A stretch of DNA of 64,000 nt from Sediminibacterium sp. (GTDB lineage Bacteria; Bacteroidota; Bacteroidia; Chitinophagales; Chitinophagaceae). A program made the translations under genes and the position numbers. This document shows positions 51,656 through 60,749 of this stretch, piece by piece (position 1 is the stretch's first letter; each line of letters opens with the position of its first letter). The notes beneath the pieces are model-generated. The model was not told the origin of the DNA and did not search any database. It saw nothing but the letters and a program-made list of their open reading frames with translations. The DNA is taken from positions 46,002 through 110,001 of the forward strand of contig JANREK010000006.1 of assembly GCA_030726065.1 (NCBI GenBank). Reading direction: 5' to 3'.

Positions 51656-53974
51656 ATGATTCAATTTGACTTGCCTAAACAAAAATCATCTATCATCAAG
51701 GTCCTCGGCGTAGGCGGTGGTGGTAGTAATGCTGTAAACTTTATGTTTAAGCAGGATATAGAAGGCGTTGATTTTATTATTTGTAATACAGATTCTAAGG
51801 CCATTGAACAAAGCGATGTGCCTAACAAAATTCAATTAGGCCCACATTTAACACAGGGACTTGGGGCTGGAGCGGATCCTTCTGTAGGAAAGTTAGCAAC
51901 AGAGGAATCTTTAGAAGAAATCAGAAAAATTTTAGAAGTTAATACGCGCATGGCCTTTATCACTGTGGGTATGGGTGGTGGTACAGGAACTGGTGGTGCG
52001 CCAATTATTGCAAAAATTTGTAAGGACTTAGGCATATTAACGGTGGGTATTGTTACCACACCTTTCGGATTTGAAGGGCCTCGTCGTCAAAAACAAGCAG
52101 AGGAAGGAATCAATCAATTAAAACCATTAGTAGATACATTGTTGGTGATTTCAAATGATAAATTACGTGTTCAATATGGTAATTTAAAAATGAAAGAGGC
52201 GTTTACGAAAGCAGATAATGTTTTAGCAACTGCAGCTAAATGTATTACTGATGTTATTAATAGCCGCGGTCACATTATTGTTGACTTTGCGGACGTTTGC
52301 ACGGTGATGAAAAATGGTGGTGTTGCTATTTTAGGGAAGGCCGAAGTGGAAGGGGAAAATAGAGCAGAAAGAGCCATTGAAGAAGCCTTGAATTCACCAT
52401 TGTTAAATGACAATGATATCAAAGGTGCCAAATGGATTTTATTAAATATTAATAGTGCGGAAGGGGAACATGAGTGCACGATGGATGAATTAGAAACCAT
52501 CAATAATTTCTTACGAGAAAGAACTGGCGAACATTCTGATGTAATTATGGGTATGGGCTATGATGCTACCCTTGATAAAAAATTAGGGATCACATTAATC
52601 GCTACAGGTTTTGAAGGTAAAGATCCTTTTAAAACTGAAACACCAAAAAAAGCGGAGGCTCCTATTGAGGAAAAAATAGTAATGACCTTGGTCACAGATG
52701 CAGTTGCAGTTGAACAAATCAAGCAGGAGCCAGTAATTAATGAAGTCAATAAAAAAGCGGAAGATCATTTTATTTTAGATCAAACAGAAGAAACGCCGAT
52801 TCATTTTTCATTTGACCAAGCACCTGCAATTGAAGCTCCGTTATTAGTAGCCGAAGAAGAATTGGAGGAAGAAGAAGTGAAGGAAGTTGTATTGGATAAG
52901 TATGATACTATTTGGGAGTTAAATGCAGAAGCATCTATTGCCGCTGCAAATAGCTTTGAAGTTGAAATGGAAGAAGATGAATTAGAAGAGATGGAGGAAG
53001 ATGAAATGTTAGCATCAGAGGAAGTGGTTGAAGATGAAATGGAAGTGATGGCTTTTGAGAATAATGATTTAATGCCAACCTTAGTATTAGAAGAGGAGCC
53101 TGCATTTGAAGAAGAAGTAGAAGTGGCTATGGAAGAAGAAATAGATGAATTGGTTGAATTGCATTTGGAAGAGGAAGTGGAAGAAGAAATATTCACTTTA
53201 AATATGGAAGCAGAGAAAGAAGCTACTATTGTTTCTGACTTTATTTTAAGTAAGCCTACAAATATTTATGTGGAAGAAGCGGACGAAGTTGAAGAAGAAT
53301 TTTCAACACCAGTAGTTGCCTCCAATGAAGTGATTTTTGAAATTAATGAGACGGATCCAAGTGTAGAAATGGAAGAAGACTTTATGTCAGAAGAAATCAG
53401 GATTGAGGAAGAAGTTGAAGAAACGCTGATAGAAGAAGAATTCATGGAAGAAGAATTCATGGAAGAAGAATTGATGGAGGAAGAATTGATGGAAGCGGAA
53501 ATGACCATCGATGAAAATATTGCGGAAGAAGAAGTAGCAACTGTTGAAATGTGTACTGCTCCTGTCATTGAAACGCCTTCGCCAGCGGAAGTTGTATTTG
53601 AATCTTCTTTCCGATATGAGGAAGAGCCTTCGATGCAATTGGTGATGAGAGAAGAGTCCAATACACCTGTGGCGCATGTGAATCAACAAGCTAATTATGA
53701 TATGCCATTAGATAATGCCGAGGAGCAAAGAAGAAAAGTGGCAGAGCGTATTCAGAAATTAAGAAATTTATCTTTTAATATTAACAATGCGAATGATTCT
53801 AACAATGATTTTGAATCAGTGCCTGCATATGTTAGAAGAAATATGGAAATGTTTGGTAACACGTTGGCATCTGTTGAAAATTATTACAGTAAGTACACCG
53901 TGGATAAGGATGAGAATAACCAAACACAAATTTCAACCATCAATACTTTTATGGATGGTAAAAAACCGGATTGA
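51656..53974 (+). CDS. ftsZ: cell division GTPase FtsZ with an unusually long acidic linker
   Basis: 772 aa. It has the tubulin signature GGGTGTGGAP, NTD and DFAD motifs in residues 1 to about 321. An E-rich linker of about 395 aa follows, then the conserved C-terminal peptide DFESVPAYVRR at about residue 718 and a further tail of about 45 aa. Confidence 0.95.
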   Translation: MIQFDLPKQKSSIIKVLGVGGGGSNAVNFMFKQDIEGVDFIICNTDSKAIEQSDVPNKIQLGPHLTQGLGAGADPSVGKLATEESLEEIRKILEVNTRMAFITVGMGGGTGTGGAPIIAKICKDLGILTVGIVTTPFGFEGPRRQKQAEEGINQLKPLVDTLLVISNDKLRVQYGNLKMKEAFTKADNVLATAAKCITDVINSRGHIIVDFADVCTVMKNGGVAILGKAEVEGENRAERAIEEALNSPLLNDNDIKGAKWILLNINSAEGEHECTMDELETINNFLRERTGEHSDVIMGMGYDATLDKKLGITLIATGFEGKDPFKTETPKKAEAPIEEKIVMTLVTDAVAVEQIKQEPVINEVNKKAEDHFILDQTEETPIHFSFDQAPAIEAPLLVAEEELEEEEVKEVVLDKYDTIWELNAEASIAAANSFEVEMEEDELEEMEEDEMLASEEVVEDEMEVMAFENNDLMPTLVLEEEPAFEEEVEVAMEEEIDELVELHLEEEVEEEIFTLNMEAEKEATIVSDFILSKPTNIYVEEADEVEEEFSTPVVASNEVIFEINETDPSVEMEEDFMSEEIRIEEEVEETLIEEEFMEEEFMEEELMEEELMEAEMTIDENIAEEEVATVEMCTAPVIETPSPAEVVFESSFRYEEEPSMQLVMREESNTPVAHVNQQANYDMPLDNAEEQRRKVAERIQKLRNLSFNINNANDSNNDFESVPAYVRRNMEMFGNTLASVENYYSKYTVDKDENNQTQISTINTFMDGKKPD
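53432..53506 (+). repeat. 15-bp in-frame tandem repeat (about 4.5 copies) inside the ftsZ linker
   Basis: The units are GAAGAAGAATTCATG, GAAGAAGAATTCATG, GAAGAAGAATTGATG, GAGGAAGAATTGATG and GAAGCGGAAATGACC, encoding EEEFM EEEFM EEELM EEELM EAEMT. Confidence 0.85.
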
Positions 53975-54007
53975 TTTAGTTTTTCTGTATAGTTGATTTT
54001 AGTTGTA

Positions 54008-54037
54008 ACCCCACCCTTTATCAGGTGGGGTTTTTTT
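54008..54037 (+). terminator. intrinsic terminator ending the dcw cluster
   Basis: Stem ACCCCACC / GGTGGGGT (54008-54015 / 54024-54031) followed by T7. Confidence 0.75.
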
Positions 54038-54134
54038 GCGGTTGGTCAATCGCATCATTTTAATATTCTTACTAAAATCTTTATTTGAATCTTACTAATC
54101 CATTCAAAATGCATAAAACTTGTACCTTTAACGA

Positions 54135-55058
54135 ATGCAAACAGTATTAATCACAGGTGGAACTGGAATGGTAGGAACTTCCCTTACGCAATTATTATTA
54201 AGTAAAGGATATCAGGTAATTATACTAACACGCAAGCCCAAGCCCCAGGTTTCCCCAATACCTAATTTAACCTATGCAGTTTGGGATATAGCGAAGGGTT
54301 ATATAGATCCATCAGCAATTGGGAAAGCAGATGTGATTGTTCATTTGGCAGGGGCAGGTGTCGCAGATAAAAGATGGTCAAAAAAACGCAAACAAGAAAT
54401 TGTAGATAGCAGGGTAATGTCGGGCGCATTGTTGGTGAAGTATTTAACTGAAATTCCACATCAGGTTAAAACAGTGGTTGCGGCATCAGCGATTGGTTGG
54501 TATGGTCCCGACTCTGAACAAAGTTTACAGAACGGATTTACTGAAACGGATCCAGTAGATGCTGCATTTTTGGGTGACACCTGTAAACGATGGGAGGACA
54601 GTGTAAAACCCTTGGAAACCTTGGGCATTAAATTAGTTACCTTAAGAATAGGAATTGTTTTAAATAAACAGGGGGGCGCATTGGCTGAATTCATCAAGCC
54701 TGCACAATTTGGCTTAGCAACTATTTTTGGAACAGGGAATCAAATGGTCAGCTGGATACACCATAATGATTTATGTAAAATGATTTTATTTGGGATTGAA
54801 TCAGCTTCCTTAAAAGGAGTTTATAATGCAGTTTCGCCTGATCCAACAAGTAACAAAGATTTAATAATAGCAATTACAAAAAAATTAAGCGGTTTTTATC
54901 TGCCCATACCTGTTCCCGCTTTCGTATTAAATATAATGTTGGGGGAAATGAGCATTGAAATTTTAAAGAGTGCTAAAGTTTCCTCCAATAAAATTGAGCA
55001 TGCAGGATTCAAATTTGATTATCCTACATTGCATACTGCATTGAATGATTTGTTGTAA
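54135..55058 (+). CDS. TIGR01777-type NAD-dependent epimerase/dehydratase-like protein (YfcH-like, with DUF1731 C-terminus)
   Basis: 307 aa. It has ITGGTGMVG (Rossmann), VIVHLAGAGVADKRWS and a C-terminal SSNKIEHAGFKFDYP block. Confidence 0.85.
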   Translation: MQTVLITGGTGMVGTSLTQLLLSKGYQVIILTRKPKPQVSPIPNLTYAVWDIAKGYIDPSAIGKADVIVHLAGAGVADKRWSKKRKQEIVDSRVMSGALLVKYLTEIPHQVKTVVAASAIGWYGPDSEQSLQNGFTETDPVDAAFLGDTCKRWEDSVKPLETLGIKLVTLRIGIVLNKQGGALAEFIKPAQFGLATIFGTGNQMVSWIHHNDLCKMILFGIESASLKGVYNAVSPDPTSNKDLIIAITKKLSGFYLPIPVPAFVLNIMLGEMSIEILKSAKVSSNKIEHAGFKFDYPTLHTALNDLL

Positions 55059-55093
55059 TCAGTTTTGATGTAAATAAGACTAAAAATTTACAA

Positions 55094-57466
55094 CTAGTTT
55101 CTAATTGGTCTGCCTGCGGTAATCACTGATTGTATACGTTCCAATGTTTTCTTTTCGCCACACAAACTTAAAAATGCTTCTCGTTCTAAATCCAATAAGT
55201 ATTGTTCATTTACAGTAGTAGGTTCACTTAAATCTCCGCCACACATTACAAATGCTAATTTCTTAGCCACTTTAACATCATGGTCAGAAGCGTATCCGGC
55301 TTTGTGCATACCATTAATACCTGCGTAAAGCGCCCCTAGTCCTGCTTTTCCTAATACTTTAATATCTTTTCTTTGTTGTGCCTGGGTATATCCTGCATTA
55401 AATAATTGTAGTGCTTGGTCTTTGGCTTTGGTAATGCGTCTTGATTGATTGAGTAAAATAAAATCCTGTGATTTTCTTAAGATGCCCATATCCATCGCTT
55501 CCTGTGCGCTTGTTGCTACTTTAGCAGTCGCAATTTGCATAAACCTGCGATTAAGTGTAATTGTTTCTGGTTCATCTGCATGCATTTCATCTGAAGCGCG
55601 TAATACTAATTCCTTAGTGCCACCACCACCAGGTATTACACCAATACCTAATTCCACTAAACCTATATAAGTTTCTGCAGCAGCACAAATACTATCTGCA
55701 TGTAAATTCATTTCACAACCACCACCCAAACAAAGCCCATGAGGGGCCACTACAACAGGGTTTGAAGAGTAGCGCACACGCATCATGCTATTTTGAAAAG
55801 TACGAATGGCCATATCTAATTCCTCGTAATCTTTTTCAATAGCCAACATAAAAATCATACCCACATTGGCGCCTGCACTGAATAAATTGGATTCGTTGGC
55901 AATCACTAAGCCATTAAATTTATCTTCTGCAATGTGAATCGCTTTATTTATTCCTTCTAAAACCTCGCCACCAATACTATTCATTTTTGTATTCCAGCTA
56001 AATCCTGCAATACCATCATTCATGTCCACTAGGGTACAAGCGCTGTTTTTCCAAATGGTCTTTTCCTTTAAATCAGATAAAATTAAGAAGGACTCACTTC
56101 CTGGTATTAATTTATAAGATTCAGTTGCCACATCATAGTAATAACGTTTGCCTTCTTGTACTTTATAAAAGCTTAAACCATTGCTCAGCATGGTTTCCAC
56201 CCAAGGTGCAAGCGCATATCCAGCTGATTTCATATCACCCATTACTTGTGTAGCGCCTAATTCATTCCAGGTTTCAAAAGCACCTATTTCCCAACCAAAA
56301 CCTGCTTTCAAAGCGTCATCAACACGATAAAGTTCATCACTAATTTCGGGGATACGATGGCTGATATAGGAGAATAATGCAAAATGAAATTGACGGACAA
56401 ATTCACCCGCTTTGTCTTTTGCTGCGTATAAACTTTTTAAACGTTCGGGTAAACTTTCCATTGCTTTTGCAACACCAATGGAAGCAAATTTTATTTTAAC
56501 GCGCGGCTCGTATTCGAAAGTTTTTAAATTCAGTGTTAGAATTTCTTTGGAGCTAGCTGTTTTTATTTTCTTAAAAAATCCTTGGCCAGTTTTATCGCCT
56601 AACCAATTTTGTTCAACCATTTTTTCAAGCCATGTTGGCAAAGTGAATATATTTTTAGCCTCATCATTTGGACAGCTTGCAGCAACCCCATTGGCTACTT
56701 TTACCAAAGTATCAATTCCTACCACATCGGCAGTGCGGAAAGTGGCTGATTTAGGGCGACCCATAATTGGTCCTGTGATGGATTCAATTTCATCAATACT
56801 TAACTCCATTTTTTCCATGATATGTAAAACACTCATCATGCTGAAAATCCCAACCCTGTTAGCGATAAAGGCAGGAGTGTCTTTACAAAGTACCGTTGTT
56901 TTACCTAAAAACACATCCCCATAATGCATGTGAAAATTTACAATGCTAGGATCTGTTTTTGCAGTAGGAATAATTTCAAGCAAACGCAAATAACGCGGTG
57001 GATTAAAAAAGTGGGTACCACAAAAATGTTTTTGAAAATCCTCACTACGTCCTTCCGCCATTAAATGTATCGGAATGCCGGAAGTGTTTGAACTTACTAA
57101 AGTGCCTGGCTTTCTGTATTTTTCAACCTCGTCGTAAATTATTTTTTTAATGTCTAATCTTTCCACCACCACTTCAATGATCCAATCTGCAGTACTAATT
57201 TTTGCGATATCGTCCGTGAAATTTCCTGTACTTATGTTTTGTGCAAATTTTTGAAGATATAAAGGGGAAGGGTTTGATTTAATCGCTGCTTGCAAGGAGC
57301 TTTCCACTAATTGGTTTCTTTCCTTTGCTTTTGTGCTTTCATTTGACCCTGGTGCAAGCATATCTAATAATAATACTTCCACACCAATACCTGCAAAATG
57401 ACATGCAATACGAGAACCCATTACGCCACTTCCTAATACCGCTACTTTTTTAATTGATCTTTGCAT
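55094..57466 (-). CDS. bifunctional 3-hydroxyacyl-CoA dehydrogenase / enoyl-CoA hydratase (FadB/FadN-like)
   Basis: 790 aa. It has an N-terminal NAD-binding motif VLGSGVMGSRIA, a 3HCDH C-terminal domain, and a C-terminal crotonase domain (FSAGANVGM, GLCLGGGCEM). Confidence 0.9.
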   Translation of the reverse strand: MQRSIKKVAVLGSGVMGSRIACHFAGIGVEVLLLDMLAPGSNESTKAKERNQLVESSLQAAIKSNPSPLYLQKFAQNISTGNFTDDIAKISTADWIIEVVVERLDIKKIIYDEVEKYRKPGTLVSSNTSGIPIHLMAEGRSEDFQKHFCGTHFFNPPRYLRLLEIIPTAKTDPSIVNFHMHYGDVFLGKTTVLCKDTPAFIANRVGIFSMMSVLHIMEKMELSIDEIESITGPIMGRPKSATFRTADVVGIDTLVKVANGVAASCPNDEAKNIFTLPTWLEKMVEQNWLGDKTGQGFFKKIKTASSKEILTLNLKTFEYEPRVKIKFASIGVAKAMESLPERLKSLYAAKDKAGEFVRQFHFALFSYISHRIPEISDELYRVDDALKAGFGWEIGAFETWNELGATQVMGDMKSAGYALAPWVETMLSNGLSFYKVQEGKRYYYDVATESYKLIPGSESFLILSDLKEKTIWKNSACTLVDMNDGIAGFSWNTKMNSIGGEVLEGINKAIHIAEDKFNGLVIANESNLFSAGANVGMIFMLAIEKDYEELDMAIRTFQNSMMRVRYSSNPVVVAPHGLCLGGGCEMNLHADSICAAAETYIGLVELGIGVIPGGGGTKELVLRASDEMHADEPETITLNRRFMQIATAKVATSAQEAMDMGILRKSQDFILLNQSRRITKAKDQALQLFNAGYTQAQQRKDIKVLGKAGLGALYAGINGMHKAGYASDHDVKVAKKLAFVMCGGDLSEPTTVNEQYLLDLEREAFLSLCGEKKTLERIQSVITAGRPIRN

Positions 57467-57581
57467 AAAAGCACATTTTTGTAAAATTAGTTAGTTATGC
57501 AACTATTTTCAAAAAAATCTTCCAAATTCACCTATTTTTTTTGCCACTGGTTGTTTCTTTTGACCATTTAACAAATGCGCC

Positions 57582-57611
57582 TTGGGGGTTGCTAGCTTTG
57601 GATTACATTTG
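57582..57611 (+). promoter_or_regulatory. TTG-N19-TACATTTG promoter, 4 nt upstream of the gatC ATG
   Basis: TTG at 57582-57584, a 19-nt spacer, TACATTTG at 57604-57611, and the ATG at 57616. A second box, TAGCTTTG, lies at 57593-57600. Confidence 0.5.
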
Positions 57612-57615
57612 TATT

Positions 57616-57906
57616 ATGCAAGTAGATAACAAATTAGTAAGCCATTTGGCACATTTATCTAGGTTGAATGTGGCCCCTGAAAAAATGGACAAATTAGTTG
57701 CAGACATGCAGGATTTGGTAGGTTTTGTTGAAAAGCTCAATGAATTAGATACCACTGGCACCGAGCCGTTAATGCATATGGGTGATAGTTTCAATGTATT
57801 GCGTTTGGATGAAGTAAAAGGATCTATAGATAGAACTACAGCTTTAAATAATGCACCTGATCATAATGGTAAGTTTTTCAAAGTGCCTAAAGTAATAAAT
57901 AAATAA
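57616..57906 (+). CDS. gatC: Asp-tRNA(Asn)/Glu-tRNA(Gln) amidotransferase subunit C
   Basis: 96 aa from ATG 57616 (MQVDNKLVSHLAHLSRLNVAPEKMDKL...ELDTTGTEPL), which is typical GatC length and pattern. The track's TTG start at 57541 adds a non-homologous extension that covers the promoter. Confidence 0.88.
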   Translation: MQVDNKLVSHLAHLSRLNVAPEKMDKLVADMQDLVGFVEKLNELDTTGTEPLMHMGDSFNVLRLDEVKGSIDRTTALNNAPDHNGKFFKVPKVINK

Positions 57907-57915
57907 ATTTATATA

Positions 57916-58611
57916 ATGTCATCAGTTATTCAATTAAGGGATTTACAAAAAAGTTATTTTATGGCAGGACAAGCCATACCTGTATTAAAAGGAATTAATT
58001 TGGATATTAAGTCAAATGAATATGTTGCTTTGATGGGTCCTTCGGGAAGTGGAAAAAGTACGCTAATGAATATATTAGGCTGTTTGGATTCACCGACCAA
58101 AGGAATGTATAATTTAAATGGACACGATGTAAGTAAGATGACAGATGATGAATTGGCAGGTATTCGTAATGATGAAATTGGATTTGTATTTCAACAATTT
58201 AATTTATTGCCAAGATTATCAGCTGCTGAAAATGTAGCCTTACCATTGGTTTATGCAGGTATCGCAAAAAAGGAAAGATTAGATAGAGCCATGGTCGCAC
58301 TTGAAAAAGTGGGTTTAGCAGATAGAAGTCATCATAAATCAAATGAACTAAGTGGAGGTCAAATACAAAGGGTAGCCATTGCGCGCGCACTTGTCAATAA
58401 CCCATCTATATTATTGGCCGATGAGCCTACAGGTAATTTGGATACCAAAACCTCCGTAGAAGTGATGGAATTATTTGGAAAAATTCATTCCTCAGGTAAT
58501 ACTGTAATATTGGTAACGCACGAGGAAGATATTGCGAAATATGCCCACCGCGTTGTAAGGTTAAGGGATGGGAACGTGGAAACAGATACCTTAAACGTTG
58601 GTCATAAATAA
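57916..58611 (+). CDS. ABC transporter ATP-binding protein (MacB/LolD-type ATPase)
   Basis: 231 aa. It has Walker [10 protein letters not shown], a Q-loop, the signature [15 protein letters not shown] and Walker [13 protein letters not shown]. No permease gene is adjacent. Confidence 0.9.
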   Translation: MSSVIQLRDLQKSYFMAGQAIPVLKGINLDIKSNEYVALMGPSGSGKSTLMNILGCLDSPTKGMYNLNGHDVSKMTDDELAGIRNDEIGFVFQQFNLLPRLSAAENVALPLVYAGIAKKERLDRAMVALEKVGLADRSHHKSNELSGGQIQRVAIARALVNNPSILLADEPTGNLDTKTSVEVMELFGKIHSSGNTVILVTHEEDIAKYAHRVVRLRDGNVETDTLNVGHK

Positions 58612-58637
58612 AGGTTGATCAATAAAAATAAATAATT

Positions 58638-58668
58638 AGGCTCCCATAATATTATGCGGAGCTTTTTT
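58638..58668 (+). terminator. intrinsic terminator after the ABC ATPase gene
   Basis: The long stem AGGCTCC-CATAAT / ATTATG-C-GGAGCTT contains the perfect palindrome CATAATATTATG and is followed by a T-run. Confidence 0.65.
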
Positions 58669-58747
58669 ATGCCCAAGTGAACTTTATTTTATTAGATTTG
58701 TTACAAGTTGAGTCCTCAAGCAATAGGGCTTAAGAAAAAATTACCGC

Positions 58748-59302
58748 ATGAAAATTTATACCAAAGCAGGAGACGAAGGCAAAACATCATTAATTGGGGG
58801 TACAAGGGTACCTAAAAGTCATATTCGTATTGAATCCTATGGAACAGTGGACGAGCTTAATTCCTTTGTAGGATTAGTGAGTGATATGTGTGGAAATGCG
58901 GAAATTCGAAAAGTATTAAACGAAGTGCAGGATCGTTTATTTACAGTAGGATCTCATCTTGCTTGTGATCCTGATAAAGAATCTGCCATACAAATTCCTG
59001 ATTTAACTGAAATTGATATTACAAATTTGGAAAAAGAGATTGATACGATGAACGCCGTTTTGGAACCCATGAGATCTTTTATTTTACCAGTGGGACATAG
59101 TGCTATTTCAATGACGCACGTTGCGAGATGTGTTTGTCGTCGTGCAGAAAGATGGTGTGTGAACTTGCAAGAAGAAAATTTATTCGTTGAACCCATTGTT
59201 ATCAAATACCTGAACAGATTAAGTGATTACTTATTTGTATTAGCTAGGTATATTGGACATTTAAATGGTGTAGCAGATATGCCTTGGAAAGCAAGGGTGT
59301 AA
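58748..59302 (+). CDS. ATP:cob(I)alamin adenosyltransferase (PduO type)
   Basis: 184 aa. It has MKIYTKAGDEGKTSL...G, YGTVDELNS and the YLNRLSDYLFVLAR helix-bundle motifs. Confidence 0.9.
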   Translation: MKIYTKAGDEGKTSLIGGTRVPKSHIRIESYGTVDELNSFVGLVSDMCGNAEIRKVLNEVQDRLFTVGSHLACDPDKESAIQIPDLTEIDITNLEKEIDTMNAVLEPMRSFILPVGHSAISMTHVARCVCRRAERWCVNLQEENLFVEPIVIKYLNRLSDYLFVLARYIGHLNGVADMPWKARV

Positions 59303-59971
59303 TTAAATAATTAGCCCATCCTTCATGTGAAGTGTGCGATTGCTCATTTCGGCCAATGATTCATTGTGCGTTACAATTAAAAAGCTTTGTTGAAAAGTGT
59401 CGCGACATTTAATAAATAAATGATGCAAGGCAGCTGCATTGGCGCTGTCTAAATTACCTGTAGGTTCATCTGCAAAAATTAAAGCCGGACTATTTATTAA
59501 AGCACGTGCCACTGCAATTCTTTGTTGCTCGCCACCAGATAAACTATGGGGCTTTTTATCTTTTTGATCAGCCAAACCCATAAAGTCGAGTAATTCCATG
59601 GCCTTTGTTTCCACTTGTTTTTTTGGTTTTTGACCTATCCAAGCTGGGATACAAATATTCTCAAGTGCCGTAAATTCTGGTAACAAGTGATGAAATTGAA
59701 AAACGAAGCCAATTTGGTTATTTCTGTAATTAGCGAGCTGCTTATAGGAAAGTGCACTAATGTCCTGATTTTGAAATAAAATTTGCCCTTTGTCGGCTTT
59801 TTCAAGACTACTTACAATATATAACAGCGTCGATTTACCAGCCCCGGACGCACCCACAATAGAAACCATCTCCGCCTTGTTTACCTCAAGGGATACCCCT
59901 TTTAAGACTAAAATATTGCCATAATTCTTATATATGTCTGTCGCAACTAATAGTACAGGCTGCTTTTCCAT
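59303..59971 (-). CDS. ABC transporter ATP-binding protein (LolD-like)
   Basis: 222 aa. It has Walker [10 protein letters not shown], the signature [15 protein letters not shown] and Walker [12 protein letters not shown]. Its stop codon abuts the stop of the convergent adenosyltransferase gene. Confidence 0.88.
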   Translation of the reverse strand: MEKQPVLLVATDIYKNYGNILVLKGVSLEVNKAEMVSIVGASGAGKSTLLYIVSSLEKADKGQILFQNQDISALSYKQLANYRNNQIGFVFQFHHLLPEFTALENICIPAWIGQKPKKQVETKAMELLDFMGLADQKDKKPHSLSGGEQQRIAVARALINSPALIFADEPTGNLDSANAAALHHLFIKCRDTFQQSFLIVTHNESLAEMSNRTLHMKDGLII

Positions 59972-60045
59972 GATACAAACCTACGATTACCGGCCCAATT
60001 TTGGCAAAATCTCACAATTTATTTACATCCTGTAGAAAAAACACA

Positions 60046-60076
60046 TTTGGTAGTATCATTTATACGGCTACTTTTG
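60046..60076 (+). promoter_or_regulatory. consensus promoter TTTG-N19-TACTTTTG for the DUF2795 gene
   Basis: TTTG at 60046-60049, a 19-nt spacer, TACTTTTG at 60069-60076, and the ATG at 60091. Confidence 0.55.
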
Positions 60077-60090
60077 CAAAAAAGAAACCT

Positions 60091-60312
60091 ATGTTTTGGA
60101 CTTTAGAATTAGCCAGTTATTTAGAGGAAGCACCTTGGCCGGCTACAAAAGATGAATTGATCGATTACTCTATTCGTAGTGGAGCACCATTAGATGTGGT
60201 TGAGAATTTACAAGAGTTGGAAGACGAAGGAGAAGTATATGAAAGCATTGATGATATTTGGCCAGATTACCCAAGTAATGAAGACTTCATGTTTAATGAA
60301 GACGAATATTAA
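60091..60312 (+). CDS. DUF2795-family small acidic protein
   Basis: 73 aa from ATG 60091 (MFWTLELASYLEEAPWPATKDELIDYSIRSGAPLDVVENLQEL), which is the DUF2795 pattern. The track's TTG start at 60001 would run through the promoter. Confidence 0.75.
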   Translation: MFWTLELASYLEEAPWPATKDELIDYSIRSGAPLDVVENLQELEDEGEVYESIDDIWPDYPSNEDFMFNEDEY

Positions 60313-60375
60313 TTATTTAGGCGCTTTCGCAGAAAGCTAGCGCCTCAATAATTAATCTTTTATGATGAGGAAAAA

Positions 60376-60411
60376 TAAAAAAGGGTCCCGATATATCGGC
60401 GACCCTTTTTT
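60376..60411. terminator. bidirectional intrinsic terminator between the convergent DUF2795 and PQ-loop genes
   Basis: AAAAAA-GGGTCCCGATATATCGG(C)GACCC-TTTTTT. The stem has one bulged C and is flanked by an A-run and a T-run. Additional hairpins lie at 60319-60345 and about 60417-60438. Confidence 0.7.
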
Positions 60412-60447
60412 AATGTAGCGCTTATATAAGTGAGCGCGAAAATATAA

Positions 60448-60720
60448 TTAAAAAGTTAATTTAAAATACAATAACATTAAACTCAGTATTAATACAATGG
60501 TGTTTGCGATAAGTACAGGTCGGCTATTAATTAAATAGGCATAAACCAACCAAACAATACAGCTAAAGTTTACGATCAATACCATGAGTAAACTTAAGTC
60601 ACCAACGCTATGTGATTTCCAAGATAAATAAACCTGAGGCACAAAAGTGATACAGCTTAATAGTGAACCAAGATAACCAATGGCTTCTACTAGTTTGGGA
60701 TTAATTTCTTTGTTGCTCAT
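60448..60720 (-). CDS. PQ-loop / SemiSWEET-like three-helix membrane protein
   Basis: 90 aa. It has three hydrophobic helices and a PQ motif in helix 1 (ITFVPQVYLSWK). Confidence 0.65.
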   Translation of the reverse strand: MSNKEINPKLVEAIGYLGSLLSCITFVPQVYLSWKSHSVGDLSLLMVLIVNFSCIVWLVYAYLINSRPVLIANTIVLILSLMLLYFKLTF

Positions 60721-60749
60721 ATGGTATTTTAATTGGGGGGCTTTATTTT

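Noticed and set aside
53432-53506. Tandem repeat checked as a possible CRISPR-like or minisatellite locus
   Set aside because: It is an in-frame 15-bp coding repeat within ftsZ, with no spacers and no cas genes anywhere in the window.
52801-53661. Ser-rich antisense ORFs (52801-53196, 53266-53661, 53387-53689) opposite the ftsZ linker
   Set aside because: They are the mirror image of the GAA/GAG-rich acidic linker (TTC/CTC read as Ser/Phe/Leu runs). This is a compositional artefact.
49905-53806. Idea that the basic FtsQ tail and the acidic FtsZ linker form an electrostatic pair
   Set aside because: The FtsQ C-terminus is periplasmic and FtsZ is cytoplasmic, so topology rules out direct contact.
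57541-57615. Track-proposed 5' extensions of several genes: gatC 57541, DUF2795 60001, DUF4292 27638, fumC 13870, tatD 17527, queA 36918 and the deacetylase 16738
   Set aside because: The extensions are not homologous to the respective families. Several use TTG starts. They would overlap the upstream gene (dut) or run through consensus promoter elements, so I preferred the internal ATG starts.
58669-58747. Possible cobalamin riboswitch upstream of the PduO adenosyltransferase or the B12-binding subunit
   Set aside because: The spacers are only about 80 nt and about 25 nt long. They lack a B12-box-like element and the multi-helix architecture of roughly 200 nt.
59300-59305. Stop codons of the convergent adenosyltransferase and ABC ATPase genes abut with zero spacer (TAATTA)
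   Set aside because: This is a consequence of tight genome packing, and no hairpin or other signal is present. It is curious but not evidence of a functional element.
57916-59971. Two permease-less ABC ATPases flanking a B12 adenosyltransferase, considered as a possible novel module
   Set aside because: Both are ordinary MacB/LolD-type ATPases on opposite strands, separated by terminators. Permease partners encoded elsewhere are common for these families, and nothing links them functionally to the adenosyltransferase.
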